From NCBI GenBank assembly GCA_030141605.1, contig JAQGDQ010000115.1, positions 1 to 64,000 on the forward strand: a DNA stretch of 64,000 bases, in the 5' to 3' direction. The notes beneath the pieces are model-generated. The model was not told the origin of the DNA, made no database searches, and saw only the letters and a program-made list of their open reading frames with translations. This document shows, in pieces, positions 37,041 to 50,436 of the stretch. Origin of the DNA: Tubiluchus corallicola. Its lineage: Eukaryota > Animalia > Priapulida. The position numbers and the translations under genes were made by a program. Each line of letters opens with the position of its first letter. Positions within the stretch are counted from its first letter, which is position 1.

Positions 37041-37741
37041 CCATTTTTCGAATATACAATTAATGTAGTTAGATGTGTTATTAAATGACTCTTTAGTACT
37101 ATCTGATTTAAAATGCTACAAGTTCTCCCAGGTTAACAACTGAGCATTCAAAAGGTTGCTCATTTTTCAGTCCTGTTGATTGGTTCGTCTTTCCCAGACT
37201 TTCTACTCGCGTTTGTTGCTTATACAGGCAATAGATGGCAGCAAAAATGAATTGAAAGAACACGACAATTGACAGTAAAGAACAACCGATAAGCAATTTA
37301 AATGCTCCACCAATGCTAAAACCGTGAAAAATCACAAGGCAGGTTAAAAATTGTTGATAACGAAGACTTATCAGAAATTTATAATCAAAATGTCAAGATT
37401 ATCATGATCATGATGCTAACCCACAATTAAGTAAATTTTGATACAAACTGGAAAGACAGGAAATGTGAAAAGTAGAAGTATAGCTTGGATTTGAACCAGG
37501 AACTTACGGCTTACAACGCTGACGCCTTGTTTCTCGGTAATTATGACAGTCTATAGCTTCTCTTTTACAGTCAACCATTTCAGCTTTTCAGACTGTCAAA
37601 CTGGAGTGATATCGGACTAATTAGAGGATTTTAATTGCGTCCAAAATTTTTATAAATATATGTTATTATAAAATATATATAAATTTATGCAAATAATTAT
37701 TTATAATAATTATAATTGTAACATATATTACAATTATTATA

Positions 37742-38085
37742 CAGGGTGTCTATAAAGCCTCTTTACAATTTTAAAAATTTATTACAAAGGCAGTTGACAA
37801 GATATCTTAACAGATTTGTTTTGTTTTATTCAGTGTTTATTTAAGTTTGAGATCACATTGAAAGTTTGCGTTTTATGTAAGTCTCCTGTTGGTAGAAGGG
37901 TATTGTTAACTGAAACCCCAAAAATGGGTACCCCTCAAGAGAAGGCACAGTGTGTATCATGGTTTATTGAGACGAAATCGTATGTGCAGATTCAGCGGAA
38001 CTATCCATGGCATTATGTGAAAGACATCGTGCATCGAACAAAGATACGGGACATTACTGACTTGAAGCAAAGGATTTCTGATGCC
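37742..38085 (+). mobile_element. Internally deleted Tc1/mariner element (DUF4817-type transposase N- and C-terminal remnants)
   Basis: TA|CAGGGTG terminus; MGTPQEKAQCVSWFIETKS..QRNY joined to W.YVKDIV.RTKIRDITDLKQRISDA; the catalytic core is missing. Confidence 0.75.
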
Positions 38086-38666
38086 AGAAGTTTACAACAA
38101 AAAATCAGAAGTTTACAACAAAAAATCAGAAGTGCACAACAAAAAACCAGAAGTGCACAGCAGAAAATCAGAAGTGCACAACAAAAAATCAAAAGTGCAC
38201 AACAGAAAATCAGAAGTGCACAACAGAAAATCAGAAGTGCACAACAGAAGATCAGAAGTGCACAACAGAAAATCAGAAGTGCACAACAGAAAATCCGAAG
38301 TGCACAACAAAAAATCAGATGTGCATAACAAAAAATCCGAAGTGCACAACAAAAAATCAGAAGTGCACAACAAAAAATCAGAAGTGCACAGCAAAAAATG
38401 AAAAGTGGACAGCAAAAAATGAAAAGTGCATGCCGAAAAAGTCAAAAGTGTACAACAAAAAATCAAAAGCTCACAGCAAAAAATGAAAAGTGCTCAACAA
38501 AAAATCAGATGTGCATAACAAAAAATCAGAAGTGCACAATAAAAAATCAGAAGTGCACAACAAAAAATCAGAAATGCACAACAAAAAATCAAAAGTGAAC
38601 GGCGAAAAAGTCAAAAGTGTACAACAAAAAGTCAAAAGTGCACAACGAAAAACCAAAAGTGCACAG
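38086..38666. repeat. 21-bp minisatellite AGAAGTGCACAACAAAAAATC
   Basis: Seen directly. Confidence 0.95.
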
Positions 38667-39131
38667 TAATAAATCTGTGTCCATTTATGTAGAGCAGTGC
38701 AGACGCCTCTAATGTTTATAAATGCGCTATTTTTCGTTTCATAAACAACACACTAGACGAATAGACGTTAATTCTATAATTAGAATCGCTTTTTCTTCTC
38801 TGATGAGCATGTACTTCTGAGTTTCAATTTTTTTAAAATAATGAAATCATATTTTTGGTGTTTAGCTAAAACCATTTGAAATTAATTTCCACAAAGGACT
38901 TGATTTCACCTCACTGTTCAATTTTTGTCGACAATAATGTACATTTAGTTGTGTAAATACTGCGAGGCACCTTCGCAAGCGAGTATGCCAGAGATTTATC
39001 ACTTTTTAGACATTTAAAGGTAACCTTTACTTCACAGGGGGGGGGGGGGGTTACCTTGCTCACGTGGTTCTAGGGCAAATTTGATCCATTTTCATATGTT
39101 TCCTGTGTAATGATATTAATTTACGTTAAGC

Positions 39132-39727
39132 TTAAAGCACAAAAAACTCTCTACTTATATAAAGCTTAAAAAATGTGTGTTGAGATTTTATACCACTTAC
39201 ATACAAGGCAAGCGTCGGCAGTAACGCTGTAAATTTAAACTCCCGCGATGACCGTTAGACGCAGCCATTTTGACAATAAGTCATTTGAAACAAGTTTAGA
39301 TAACACTTAGTAAAGTTTGAAAAAATAATCAGAGCATTCGTAGCGCACAAGTCACTAACTAAATAAAATTTAAAATTACTGTATCTTGTCAATAAGATTA
39401 AAAATACGTTTTTTTGGTTAGTGAGTGGTGCACCCTGGAGGGTGAGTCAGCGACATTTTACAAATCGGCGAAAACATTTTAAATAATTAATTTTTCTAGT
39501 TATCTAAATCTTTTCAGCAGGTAATTGAAATGCTAAGTAACATAACTTTGCTGTGCGTATATTACGTCATGTAACGGCACGGTTGTTACAGTATTGCGTG
39601 AGATTTAAAATGAAAACAACAAAAAATCGTTTCAACGCGTGTACGATAAAATTGCTGTAAAGTAATATAATTTTTTAAGGCAATTTTTCTGCTACCTACT
39701 TCAGGTACCCGTTGTCTTGTCCTTTAA
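39132..39727 (-). mobile_element. Kolobok-like MITE, left member of an inverted pair
   Basis: TTAA|AGCACAAAA ... TCTTGTCCT|TTAA; reverse-complement similarity to 40445-41127. Confidence 0.65.
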
Positions 39728-40444
39728 TTTACATTAAATAAGGGATGTTACATTATAACATTTTTAATATTATTAAACTGAATTGTTTGTTAAACGTTCT
39801 ACAGTTAGTTTGCTGTTTTATATACAAGTTTTAGACCTGCCTTGTGGGTCCGAATTTGATACGTTGTTATTGATAATTCTATTTGTAACGGTATCACGTC
39901 CACAAACTGTTTAAGTCGGGTGAGCTAATGAATTGTAACACATACCACTAAAACTATGTAAAACTATCACATAATATAATCACCACAAACGAATGTCTAA
40001 TTGCTTTGACTGTACGCACTATCGTAACTATAATATCTAATTTAACATTAATATTTTTACAAAAAATCAGTAAGCGAGACATATTTGCCTCTGCCAATTG
40101 TATTTGCCATAACAGTTGTTAATATTTGAACTGTTGCCAAGGTGATTGTGGCCCAAGGTGACAATAGGAGCCGTAAGGTATAAATTTGGAAAAGTTTTTC
40201 CTGTTCCTGTTTACTCCCAGTTACAGCGTCGTAATTTACTTATTTATTAATTGGCGGTATTCTTAACAAATTTAAAATACAACGTATGCATACACGAAAC
40301 GTTAAGGTCATTGGTGTTGTATATAAGAAGACGTGATTTTTCTGAATTTCGATTTTTCACCATCGAGACTTTTCGGGCAAACTCCCTAAAGGTAGGAAAG
40401 GATACTTTTATTTCTTCCTTCACTCCTATTTGTATGTTTATAGT

Positions 40445-41127
40445 TTAAAGGATAAGAAAAGGGGTGCCTGAAGTAGGTTTCAGAAAAATTATGTGACTTT
40501 ATAGCAATTTTAGGCGTATATCGTACTCGCGTTGAAAGGATTTTTTGTTTGTTTTCATTTTAAACGTTCCGTTCCGAAGTCGCCATTATATGACGTCATA
40601 TACGCACAACGTAAATCAGGGGAAGAAAAGGAAATGTTAAATTAGGTCCAAAAAACTTTTCGTGCAAAGTTATATTACTTAGCATTTCGCTTTCCTGCTG
40701 GACTCCGACTTAGGTAAGTAGAAAGGAAAATTTTTAGTTATTTAAAATGTTTTCACCAATTGGTAAAATTTCGCTAACTCACCTCCAGGGTGCACCACTC
40801 ACTAACCAAAAACGTATTTTTAATCTTATTGACAAGATACAGTAAATTAAAATTTGACTTATTTAGTGACATATGTGCTACGAATGCTCTGATTATTTTT
40901 TCAAACTTCACTCAATGTTATCAAAACTTGTTGCAACTGATCTGCCGTGAAAATGGCTGCGTGTAACGGACATCGCGGGAGTTACATGTATACATAATTT
41001 ACATGTATTATGCAGCGTTACTGCCGACGCAAGTCTAATATGCAAAAAGGCAGTATGTAAGGGGGGATAAAATTACAAGACGAATTTTTTAAGCTTTATG
41101 TAAGTGGAGGGTTTTCTTGTGTTTTAA
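40445..41127 (+). mobile_element. Kolobok-like MITE, right member of an inverted pair; relatives near 29550-29690 and 31382-31560
   Basis: TTAA|AGGATAAGA ... TCTTGTGTT|TTAA; ACTCACCTCCAGGGTGCACCACTCACTAACCAAAAA is mirrored at ~39412-39448. Confidence 0.65.
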
Positions 41128-41183
41128 TAGAACAACGACTTCTCGGTCTATTTTCTTACGTACTAGTTAATTTAGATTTGTTT

Positions 41184-41184
41184 A

Positions 41185-41250
<66 letters not shown>
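41184..41250. repeat. (TTA)n microsatellite
   Basis: Seen directly. Confidence 0.95.
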
Positions 41251-42710
41251 TAATTATTTATTCGTTCATAAAAAAGCACATTAATACAACACAGACACAT
41301 AGTACATTAGTAATATTTACAAAATGTTTGGGCTTTCAAAAACCAAATTCGAAGCTCGATTAATAGCCAAAAGTCAATTTTACATAATTAAGAGTTATAC
41401 ATTGCACTGTTATATTATTAACACCTAGCTGTTATTTTAAACTAAATTTAAGTTTATTAAAGTAATTAGAGAATATACATACGTTATTAACCCCAAATCA
41501 TGAGCAATTGTAAACAGATAACGACAATATCTTATCAACTTATGACAAGTCTTCACTTCACAGTAGGCCTCTGACCCAGATCAAATTGATCACGTGATTA
41601 GGCCAAAAATCACCACAAGGTGGCCAATTCCAACAACAAGCGAAGGCCGCCAAGCGCATGCCAATGCAAGATTTCCAGTACACAAAACTACGTAAGTAAT
41701 TACATATTACATATACATCATACATCAAAAATAATACATCGAAAAATAAAAATAATAAAAAGACAGAAACTAAGACAGATTATTAACTTTAAAATTGATA
41801 CTTAACAAGCAATAAAATTACGTGTATGTAATTAATCCTCCATGATAAATGTCAAGATTTCATTTAATTCTCTCAAGCTATAAAAAGAGAACTTTGCTTC
41901 TATTGTATTTAAAATATCCATCGCCATAGATAGTTTAGAAATTTGATCTGTGGGCAGTGAAATAGGTGGGAGAGCTGTTATTGAAATTAAACTTTGCCCA
42001 CAAGTAATAAGCCTGTTAGCTTTTTCAATCAAATAAAAAAAACAATCATTAACAAGTCACGATGAATTATATTGTAACATCGATACTATCAGGTACATAG
42101 ATAACATAATTATAAATACTGAAAGAGCACTATACTAAAACACAGCGGAACATAGCCTGGCTAGCCCACAGGTCTAAATGTTCAAGGTAGACCTGTCGTT
42201 CAAAGCTTAAATACAGAAAACTAGGACACTATTAATGTAAAAGGTCATTCAGAAGCAAATAAGTACAGTAAGATTAGAAGGAAATTTAAGCTATATCAAT
42301 GCTGTAACAAGCCTAAAAAGGGGAGAGGATGAGATGAAATTTAATGAGCAACAAGACACAATGTTAATATTTGAAAGTCAACGCGAAGTAATTAAGGCGA
42401 ACTTCGCGACATGATCCTCAGTTAGTTTGCATTCCTCATTAAATACGTTTGATCGTACAAGCTTCGGCTTAGATATTATCAATGCAAAATCTATATCGTA
42501 TTTTTGGCTTATGTATTTCACATTTTTCCCACACCTGATAAAATTGAATGACAACTTTGTCAATCAAAAAAGAAGCCAGCCTATCACCTCTATGATAACA
42601 TGTATAAAAGAACTTTCCATAAAATGCAATTATTTTATTACTGGGCTTTATTGTAGAGTACAAATTAAACAACGGTTTATTTTTGATGGCAGGAGTTGAA
42701 CGACTTTGCA

Positions 42711-42762
42711 ATGAAGCTCTTAATCTTTCTTCTGGTTGATGTTTTTGTGGCAACACGCGCAA
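42711..42762 (+). CDS. Pentraxin-domain gene exon 1: signal peptide
   Basis: MKLLIFLLVDVFVATRA; donor A|GTAAGT, phase 1; upstream acceptor TTTTGATGGCAG at 42692. Confidence 0.75.
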
Positions 42763-42844
42763 GTAAGTATATTATATGCAAAATGGAGACTGCAAAAAAT
42801 AAGTCACATATGCTGCATGACTGCTATTGCTACTGGTTAATTCT

Positions 42845-43052
42845 ATTGCTAGAATTACTGCTGCTACTGCTGTTACCGTTACTACTATTACTACTATTAC
42901 TACTACTACTACTGCTGCTGCTGCTGGTGGTGATTCTGCTGCTGCTACTGCTACTGCTACTGCTACTGCTACTGCTGCTACTGCTGCTGCTACTGCTACT
43001 GCTACTACTACTGCTGCTGCTGCTGGTGATGGTGCTCTGCTGCTGCTGCTGC
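42845..43052. repeat. (CTA/CTG)n trinucleotide tract in intron 1
   Basis: Seen directly. Confidence 0.92.
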
Positions 43053-43178
43053 TTCTACCACCAAATTATTCACATTTTAGTGTACATAATGGATACACTT
43101 AGATAAATCTCATAAAGCTTACGTCACACGTCAAAACATCGTAACAGGTATTTTAAACTTTAATATTTTCTCTTTCAG

Positions 43179-43293
43179 GTGACAACAAGGAGTCATTTGA
43201 TCTCTTTTTCAGTGGAATGAGCAATAGTCGCGTTGAACTCACCGGTTCCATCTTACGAAAACGAAACGTCTTTACAGAATATACTGCATGCGG
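43179..43293 (+). CDS. Pentraxin domain 1, exon 2
   Basis: DNKESFDLFFSGMSNSRVELTGSILRKRNVFTEYTAC; phase 1-2; paralogous to 53991 and 62866. Confidence 0.85.
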
Positions 43294-43464
43294 GTATGTG
43301 TAATGTGTCGACAGAAAGACACCATGTACAAAATTCCCAAGCTGTATCTAAATCTAAGATGACTCGCTTTCACTGTATAAGCCAAATTGAATATCATTTG
43401 TTTCCACATAATTAATACATGCCAAAGAATGGTATCACTTTTTAATTTAACAATTGATTATAGT

Positions 43465-43840
43465 GTTGTTGTGGAGATCGCTGGCATCTATTAGAATTAC
43501 ATAGAACATTGTAAAATGTTCCGTTAGAATAATCGTCTTACCGTGTAGAATGTTCTGGAAAGAAACTTCTACAAGCTTCTCGGGCACGCTATATAAGGCG
43601 AAGCAGGCCACTGAGACAGACACACGCAGATTCACACGGACGCCACTTACACATTCTCTTGTATACTTGTATTTTCAGATACACTTAAACGTTTTCCAGA
43701 TTTTCACGTTTACTGTAATCATTTCGCGTTCCTTCATACTCTTGTGTTGTAGAATTCTCGCCAAATAAATTAGTTTAATTTCACGAAGTGTTTTCTGGTT
43801 TTCTCTACGAGCCTTCCGAGAGAAACAAAACACAACAAGT
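43465..43840 (+). repeat. Dispersed repeat; the second copy (45578-46690) is split by a LINE insertion
   Basis: TGTGGAGATCGCTGGCATC..CATTCTCTTGTATA and TTTTCAGATACAC..AAACAAAACACAACAA are contiguous here but separated in copy 2. Confidence 0.85.
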
Positions 43841-44995
43841 GTTACAAATGTACAAACGTTATAGTGTTACAAGTGTGGCGTTTACAAACCTTGCAAAATA
43901 CAGAGTGGGCCTAAAATAGTTCGACCAGGTATCACAGCTAAGGTATAAGAAAATGTATAACCCTGAAATTACCAGCGTTTCTCAAGTGATGTTATATTTA
44001 TTTAATATTCTGATAAAACTTCCACGGTTAAACGTTGCAATGGCATTAATGTTAAAAGATTTTTGACGTTAAAAGATTCTGTTTAGTAGTTTTTGTTTTA
44101 ATTTTTACTGTGGTAATGTAAGGAGTAAATACAATGCTGGCACTTTAAACTTTATCCGGGTAGCGCATAATAATGGAAAAGGAAAACTTTTTAGATTAAG
44201 AAGCGATTGTTCGCATTTGGCATGTGGACGAATCTCCGACTATCACAGTTTGTGAACATTTGTATTAAAAAATTTGCATAGCCTTAGAAATAGAAAGTTT
44301 TCTCAAATAAAATTTATGTCGCTAATAACATGAATTCATGTGTGCTAGATAAATCAAATATGTTCAAATTGTGGAATGAACTTTTATCTCCAAATTTTCA
44401 ATTTATCAAGTTTATAGGGCCATTTTAGAAAATCGTATATATTAATTCTACTGGTATATATATATAAGATTCGAGGCTACAGCTTCGACGATTGGAGGTT
44501 TATTTTTCGAATCGGGCCCACCGTGAGGAAATGGGGGCGAAAAACCTGCAAAAATGGCCATTTTCGGCCGTTATTTTGCAAAACTTATACCGCTGAGTTC
44601 TGAAGCCATGGGTTCTGAACGGGCCATGGGTGGTGCTGGCCATGGATAGATAGCCCGTTCAGCGGTGGGTGTAGTAGGCGTATTTAGAATTCGCGAGAGG
44701 GCCACGGCGTCCCGTAACGGGCGTTTTCCCGGACCCAACTCCGGATTCTTCGAAATTTTGGTCAAACAGCCTGCAGAAAAAACGTTCTAACGGCGCCTGG
44801 TGCGACTCACTGAAAGAGATATATAGCTCTTTAGAAAGAGGAAGAACAGGGCTATACGTTGATGTAGGCTATTTTTTAGGGCAGGTTGTCAGTTATATCT
44901 TAATTAATGTAATAGCATCTGCTTCACTCAAAAAAAAGACCTGCTGCTCAATTCTACTGTATATCACATGGTAATCATTTTTTATTTTTGAACAG

Positions 44996-45103
44996 ATGGT
45001 TCAAGTCTACAGCAGTGCCAGGGGAAAGAGGAGTAGATGATTTAATGATGGCCTGGTACCATAAACGTCAACCGGGCAGCTTTGCTATAGTACCGTGTGG
45101 GGA
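44996..45103 (+). CDS. Pentraxin domain 1, exon 3
   Basis: WFKSTAVPGERGVDDLMMAWYHKRQPGSFAIVPCG; 108 nt, phase 2-2; donor GTAAGT. Confidence 0.85.
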
Positions 45104-45777
45104 GTAAGTCTATAATTCGCAGTATTTTCGCCACATAAGCCAATGTTTCAAATGTGAAAACCGATGACATTACTTGACTATTTTTCTAAGCAGCAAATGC
45201 ATTTTGTGCTGCACCAACAAATGTCAGTAATTATTATTATTAGTAGTGGTGGTTCATTGATCATAAAATAATATTTACAATCTTTGACAGGAATAGCAGA
45301 ATTGAAACTTTTCGTAGTCAAAAATTTTCTCATTTTCAGAAAAGAGCAACATTTTACAAAGGTTAAACAACTCACAATAGCAAATTTTTATTCAGTGTCA
45401 TTGAAAGAAAAGATGTGATGATGACTGAGCTGAAACTAGAAGATGATTGAACAATGCAGACAGAGACAATGTACATGAGCTTACAGAATTGTAGCACTTC
45501 GTTACGGTTTTTACAAAAATTAGTGCGTTTTTTATTCATAAGCTTTTAAAATATTAAAACAGATCTCAAATACCAAATTGTGTTGTGGAGATCGCTGGCA
45601 TCTATTAGAATTAAATAGAACATTGTAAAATGTTCCGTTAGAATAATCGTCTTACCGTGTAGAATGTTCTGGAAAGAAACTTCTAGAAGCTTCTCGGGCA
45701 CCCTATATAAGGCGAAGCAGGCCGCTGACAGACACACGCAGATTCACACGGACGCCACTTACACATTCTCTTGTATA

Positions 45778-46472
45778 GTGAACACACCATGTGTACAATA
45801 TGTGAAAGCTATCCTTCGTAAAACGGATATTATCTCTGACGACCTCGTGAACACAAAACAACATATCAGGGATTCCGAGAGAACTAAACTGTGCACCTAT
45901 CTCTATCTGAATCCCGAACTATCTGTCAGTGCAATGTATAGCGTGAAAGTAAATGAGCTCCATAGGATTAAAACATCTCGGTTACGCCTCTCCTCACATA
46001 ACCTAGCTATTGAGACTGGAAGATGGGCAAGGATAAAAAGAGAGGACAGGCTATGCTCCTGTTCTGGCTCAAACATTCAAACAGAAGAGCATGTTATCTG
46101 TTTTTGTCCACTTACTAATCACCTTCGTGAAGATAACACTGAATTGAGCTTCAACGTTTTGCATGAATTTTTCGATGGAAACCCAAACTCATATTGTGAA
46201 TTTGTAAATAACTGTTTAGCGATTTTTGGACAGTAATGATCATGTTAGGCGATAATAAGTGTGTAGTGAGAATGTGTAAATAATTCTTCAGTTATTTTTT
46301 TGACAATAATGATCATGTTAGGCGATAATAAGTGTGTAGTGAGAATGTGTAAATAATTCTTCAGTTATTTTTTTTTTGACAGTAATGATCATGTTATATG
46401 ATCAAAAGTCCCTTTTTTGTAATGATCTATGGACTGAACCAAATGTTCGACTATCTCTTAATCAGTCAATAA

Positions 46473-46512
<40 letters not shown>
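45778..46512 (+). mobile_element. 5'-truncated non-LTR retrotransposon (RTEX-like CCHC C-terminus) with 3' UTR and (TA)n tail
   Basis: RLRLSSHNLAIETGRW..REDRLCSC..TEEHVICFCP; AATAAA plus (AT)n; interrupts an older repeat. Confidence 0.8.
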
Positions 46513-46514
<2 letters not shown>

Positions 46515-46929
46515 TTACATTTTCAGATACACTCAAACGTTTTACAGATTTTCACGTTTAGTGTAATCATTTCGCGTTTCTTCATACTTTTGTGTTGTAG
46601 CATTCTCGCTTAATAAACTAGTTTAATTTGATGAAGTGTTTTCTGGTTTTCTCTACGAGCCTTCCGAGAGAAACAAAACACAACAAATTGTTATTCATAA
46701 TTGACGTTAAGGATGTAAAGTCTACATTGTTGAATCTTCTTCTAGTTTCAACTGTTAAATGGCAGTCCATCAAAACGTGCTTTTCAGTTTAGATTTCTCC
46801 ACAATTACAGAGTCTCTGCCTTCTATCTACGTTACGCCATCTATCAGTTTCAACTTAAAACTAGTGTGCCTGTAGTCTCAATCGCGTATAGGCAATGTCG
46901 TACATCCCAGGTGCTGAATATCCGGAATT

Positions 46930-47455
46930 TTATATATTATATTATATTATATTATATTATATTATATTATATTATATTATATTATATTATATTATATTAT
47001 ATTACATTACATTACATTACATTACATTACATTACATTACATTACATTATATTATATTATATTATATATTATAATGTAATGTAATGTAATGTAGTGTAAT
47101 GTAATGTAATGTAACGTAACGTAACGTAACATAACATAACATAGCATAGCATAGCGTAGCGTAGCGTAACGTAACGTAACGTAACGTAACGTAACGTAAC
47201 GTAACGTAACATAACATAACATAACATAACATAACATAACATAGCATAGCATAGCATAGCATAGCATAGCATAACATAACATAACAGTACATAACATAAC
47301 ATAACATAACATAACATAACATAACATAACATAACATAACATAACATAACATAACATAACATAACATAACATAACATAACATAACATAACATAACATAAC
47401 ATATATACATATATACACATATATATATACATATATATACATATATATATATATT
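46930..47455. repeat. Compound pentanucleotide microsatellite (ATATT/ATTAC/GTAAC/ATAGC/ATAAC)
   Basis: Seen directly. Confidence 0.95.
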
Positions 47456-47479
47456 ACAAATATTATAAAAAAATATATA

Positions 47480-47902
47480 TATTATAATCTTTATTTGCCA
47501 TTAAAATATATTGATAATCACAGAGATGATCAATCAGTGTTAGTTAATAAAATGTTACACTGCTAAAGGCAAATGCGTCAGTGCAATCTAAACTACTGTG
47601 CAGTAATGGAAAGTAACGACGAATAAAATCACAAACATATTTACAACTATGCACAAAAAATGAAAAAAAATACGATTTAATTAATATGGCCGTGGATATA
47701 TAAATTCTGAATTAGTGTGTATGTTGTCGTACTGGTGTGATGGTATTTCATATCTGGTTAATATTGGTGATTTTAATTTTGTTTTAAATGCTGATTGGGA
47801 CTTGATTTGTTTAAGCTGTAATGGTAGAGAATTCCAAAGTAGAATTGCTTGCTTGATTACAGAGTTCGTTCCACAGTGGGTACGAACTCTGTAATCAAGC
47901 AA
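47480..47902 (-). mobile_element. CR1/L2-group LINE 3' fragment
   Basis: RT..GTNSV..AILLWNSLPLQLKQIKSQSAFKTKLK, followed by a 3' UTR shared with 2180-2530. Confidence 0.75.
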
Positions 47903-48161
47903 GCAAATCTACTTTGGAATTCTCTACCATTACACGTTAAAATCACTAATATTAAACAACGTGTATTAAACTAATATTAAAATTTAAACAAGACTTGAAC
48001 TCTTTATATGTCTCTTGTTTAGTTGAGTTACCATTTCTTACACCTTTTCTAAGCAGTCCATTCAAACACTTATACAAATCACTGTTGTTAATCACATATG
48101 CTTTAAGTAACGGCTGGATTGAACAGTTTGTGCCATTAACTATTCCCAATTATTCTTACAG

Positions 48162-48303
48162 GCGCGCATTCGGCGCTTTCAGGCCAAGCGATGTTGCTAC
48201 TTTTGGTCCTCAGACCGTCTGTGATGGAAAGTGGCACCACGCGTGTGGGGTTAATAGCCTGTCAGCACAAACGTATACACTTTATTTGGACTGTGGTCAG
48301 GGG
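48162..48303 (+). CDS. Pentraxin domain 1, exon 4
   Basis: VCDGKWHHACGV..YTLYLDC matches the pentraxin/LamG DG.WHH.C..LY.D motif; phase 2-0. Confidence 0.88.
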
Positions 48304-48787
48304 GTTAGTATTTATATCAATTTTATGTCAGAAAATTTTTGAGTAAATCTCCTCCAAATAATAAACCTATATTGTTTTGATGCTTACAACTAAATTGTCT
48401 GTATAACTTTTGTGTGCACGCGCAGTTGCTGTAAGTCAAATATTAAGTGTACCACAACAGCGTATCGTAATGCAACCGTCACATGACATATGGGTTCAGC
48501 AAAGCCGTCTCCTGCAACAGTTCAGTAACTTACGTGTACTTTACTTAATTATGCATTAGTCTGTGCGTAGAGTGATTTACTAGCAGGATCTTGTTTGGGA
48601 ACAAGAAAAAATGAACTACCACCTCTAGCTCTTGACTTCTGTCTTCCGTTCATGACGGGGTGGGAACCCTATGTTACTGTCACTTTTCTCAAGTTCTTAC
48701 ACTTAGTTTTACTCTTATTATTTCTTTTTATTTTTGCTTTTACTTTTACCTTTATTCATATCTTACTGCTATTGTTACGTATTGCAG

Positions 48788-49060
48788 CAAAGTGGACTGA
48801 CAATTACGATGCCTTTACCTCCTGGATTAGAGCCACTCGACTTGTCCGTTGATGCAGTAGATAAAGAAAGTGTCTTTGTATCTCTTGGAGGTGTATTTGA
48901 TGGCAGTATGGATGCAGGTTTTCGAGGATACCTCTCGAGCGTAAACTTTTATGAGGGCGCATTCTCACCGGAGAAAGTTCTGCAATACTGCAAATCTTCT
49001 TATTACGAAGATGGTGATATTTTTAGCTGGAAAGATGCACGGTGCCAAGTTCGCGGAGAA
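48788..49060 (+). CDS. Pentraxin domain 1, exon 5
   Basis: SLGG..FRGYLSSVNFYEGAFSPEKV..C..GDIFSW..RGE is a pentraxin C-terminal pattern; 273 nt, phase 0-0. Confidence 0.88.
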
Positions 49061-50436
49061 GTATGATTATTTATATTTATTTATACTTATTTATATTTAC
49101 TTTTGGGTTAATAATCAGCAAAACGTATCATGGTCACTAAAACCCGTGATGACGCGCAGCAAACTTCCATGTGCAGTTCCTCGCAAGGAATTCTGCCGCT
49201 TGCTAGAAGCTGTGCGTTCTCCTCGTGAGGAATTTTGCAGCATGGCAGAAATATGGCATGTTCCATTTTCGCGAGGAATCCTCGCGGATTTCAATCTTAA
49301 ATTTAACTACTGAATTACTTCTTTCATATTTAACGATCGACAATTAGCATATTTCCGCATAATATTCTAAGATTTGACCTCTCTTTCAACAGACTGACGA
49401 TTTATGCAACATTGATGGCCATATTCGTGAAAAAGAAAAATAACGCACGCATATATTTATTTTATACATGTATATTTTCAGATTTTAAAGTAGTTAATAG
49501 AACTTGACTAAAAAAACACAAACAGGCCTGACAATACATAGATTAAGATTATTAATTGTGCTTTGTGCATGAAAGAAATACGGCAAGTATAACTTCATTT
49601 AGACATGGTCATACAGTATAAAACTCGCAAAGTACTTGCAACTAACTGGACGGGTGGTTTCACTGTGAAATTAACTCTTTTGCTGTATCGGATTTCGAGA
49701 AAAAATCCGAAATTGTCTAAATATTTTCCGATGTTATGACTGCAATTCCGTGCATCATATTTCCTTGCGTCCTCACTATGAAATGGGCCTAAGATGTCGT
49801 GATTAGTGACTTTTTAGCGCTATGTGAGGGTGTAATGTATGGTGCAGTTCCACCCGTATCACGAACAGTGTTAAATTGATGTTGCCATAATATTTTAATA
49901 AATTCGACCATAGTATTACAAGATATGGGTAGCGTTTCAAAATTAGTGTCGGTTCACATGCCAGAGCGGACTACAATAACTGATATCCTTGTTTGGGTTT
50001 ATTGTACGAGTTCGGCTGAAAATGCATGCAGTTTAGATTCTATGTGGTTATAAAATATTTCCTACAATAATTTGCCAGGACGAACCACAAGCTAGACAGA
50101 AGTATCCCACACTGTAATCGGTGGTATTGCGTGTTGTATGGGTCAGCGTTGAATAATGGGTTTCTTTGGGTTGCCACTCAGTATTGAGTCCAGTTTATGC
50201 AAACAGGTTCCGGTCCGACCACAACTATCTGCGTTAAATAGGTGCCGCCATTGTGAGCTGGACGACGGATAACCGAACTGAATGAAAAGTCAAATTTGTG
50301 CCAGGCGAATTTCTTATGTTGGTTCAGAAATAATTTGTTATAAACTAGTTGTAGCCTCCTGCACTTTAAATAACAACGTTAAATATTGTTTTCTTTAAGT
50401 TTCCTGCAAATTTAAACTGTTTTGAAAACGATGTCA

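Noticed and set aside
37480-37540. tRNA gene on the minus strand (GGTTCAAATCC)
   Set aside because: Only a B-box/T-loop; no acceptor stem or D-arm. At most a decayed SINE head.
41832-42563. Minus-strand short ORFs upstream of the pentraxin gene
   Set aside because: No recognisable motif, and no consistent splice structure could be built.
42696-43106. Poly-Leu membrane protein ORF
   Set aside because: Only the first 52 coding nt from ATG 42711 are exon; the Leu run is an intronic (CTA/CTG)n tract after a GTAAGT donor.
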